Below are positions 62,153 to 64,000 of a stretch of 64,000 nucleotides of DNA, piece by piece. The position numbers were made by a program, and so were the translations under genes. The notes under the pieces were generated by a model, which saw nothing but the letters and a program-made list of their open reading frames with translations, was not told where the DNA came from and ran no database searches. The stretch comes from Dicyema japonicum (Eukaryota; Animalia; Dicyemida), in assembly GCA_011109175.1 (NCBI GenBank), contig RDEW01000004.1, positions 1,788,422 through 1,852,421 on the forward strand. Direction: 5' to 3'. Position 1 is the first letter of the stretch. Every line of letters starts with the position of its first letter.

Positions 62153-64000
62153 GCAAAACTTTGTGGTTGTTAATGTTTTCAAGTGATAAATTTGTCTTAT
62201 CAACCCGGACAGTATCAACAGCCCGGACGCTATCACATACGACAATAATTATCACGTCCTTTGGAAACCAGACCCTCAATGTTCATAGGCCGAGACACCA
62301 CTAAGTACAAGAGAAATCGAATTTTGGAAATTTGTAGTATGACAGCCGCTATCGTTGATTAAATCGTGGAATGTTCTGTTGACATTGTCTGAAAAGAAGG
62401 AGTTTGGTAGATCCTTACAGGTAATCATTGTTCACAACAAGGTGTGTCTTATTGGGAGGTGTCTAGCTCTGATCTGTAATACTAAGAGTATTACAAAAAT
62501 TCGATTTTTTTATTTTTATTTAACCCAAGACTACGGTAAAACAAACTAATTATCACGTGATCCCGATGCATTCTAACAGAGACATCATATTGCCTTGTGT
62601 TCTTTCATCGTGCTCGCGCATGAACGTACAGGACGGCTGCCTGAAATTTCAGGGCCATCTTCCCGTGATCTGGAGTCTAGTCTCATAAGTGCCTCCAGAG
62701 GCGTAGATTCGGTCGGTGATCTTCACAAATCCATCGTTTGTTGCTCTGTAAGCCCTCTTTTGCATTTCCTCAATTTTCCTCATATTTGTCTAAAATATAA
62801 ACGGTCCTCACGAGGCGCATGCATATGAGAAACATGGCTCGATATACTGTATTAATCAAAGAAAAATAGTTTTACTAACTGACAAGATACACAACCTTAT
62901 GAGATCGTTCAGTTACGTCCCAATCGGTTTTGAAAACTCTGGAATAGTTAGAGGAATTAATAGAGTCATCAATGAAATCAGGAATGGAACTGCAATGCGA
63001 GTCAAAACTACCCATTAACGAAAATAGTTCTCACAGCGCTTGAGAATTGCCATCATCCACAGTTTATGTTTAAAATGTTTTCCAAAAGACGAGCTTTTGA
63101 AGTAACTGGCTACCCCTCTGTGCTCGAATCCGTCTGTATGTGTAGACGCAGTGGAAAAACATCGATGAAATGACCATCTTTCTGTTCGTAACTGGAAAGC
63201 CCCTAGTCAATGATGTTACGTATACGGACAATTTCGTTCCGACAAACTGCCCAAACACTGTCAATGCCTATTCAGCTTGTGAAAAGGCCGAAAATTGAAG
63301 AGTTCAAGTATGCTGACCTCACAAATGATATGACGTTTGTTTGTTTCATTGTGGAATATTGTGACTGTTTAAACTCACAATAGCCATAATTGACATTTGA
63401 GAAATGGTATATAAAATTTTTCAATCTATGAAAGAACACTAAAGATCGAATGATCCTCACGTGGTCTCAATACTCTTTTTTTAAAAGAGACGGTTACTCC
63501 CTAAGCACGTGTTAAACATAAACCAAATACTAGAAGCACAGTAGAAGCATCAAATTAAACATAACATGACTATCTTTTTAAATTTTCGATAATTTCCATC
63601 TTTTCAGACAAAGTTTTATTAAAGAAAGTCTCTTTATCCTCAACTACCTTCAGCAAACGCTACAAATGTCAAAAAGTGAATACCTCATACTTTGCCTTCC
63701 AACTATCAGACTCATCATCTGCCATTCTGTAGCAGTTTTCTACAATTTTCTCAAATTTTATAAATTCTAAACCTCAACTCTAGTGAGATTATCATTGATA
63801 TCAATCATTCTAGAAATTCTCTCACATTTAGAAATACAGGCCTATAAAGCTAAATAAAACAACATTTTCTGAAGAATTTTTGGAGAGGTTTAGAGCTTCA
63901 GCTACATGAAAATTCTACAAAAATAAGTTTTTTTAAGACTGAATTTTGTTCATCTGATGAGACAGAATTCGAAAATGGGATTATTGTTGAAGCTGTACTT

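Overview
AT-rich eukaryotic genomic DNA (about 35% GC by eye) that is gene-poor and mostly decayed transposable elements. Non-LTR elements: CRE-clade retrotransposons (one near-full-length copy with an N-terminal PHD finger plus at least seven fragments), RTE, R4/Dong-like and Jockey/I-like LINEs. Also Gypsy pol remnants, hAT (Charlie-like), MULE/FLYWCH and pogo DNA transposons, and a tRNA-derived SINE family. Two host genes are well supported. One is glycine cleavage system H protein (GCSH, minus strand, 48669-49216) with four introns of only 23-26 nt. The other is a divergent bHLH-ZIP factor (minus strand, about 10786-11206). A probable third intron-rich gene beside GCSH could not be resolved. 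The tiny introns fit a dicyemid-like small-intron animal parasite, but the taxon is inferred. Best leads: a roughly 4-fold excess of CACGTG, a dispersed covarying RNA motif with pseudoknot potential, the PHD-bearing CRE element, and the micro-introns. No prokaryotic systems, CRISPR arrays, rRNA or intact tRNA genes were seen. All alignments and counts were done by hand.
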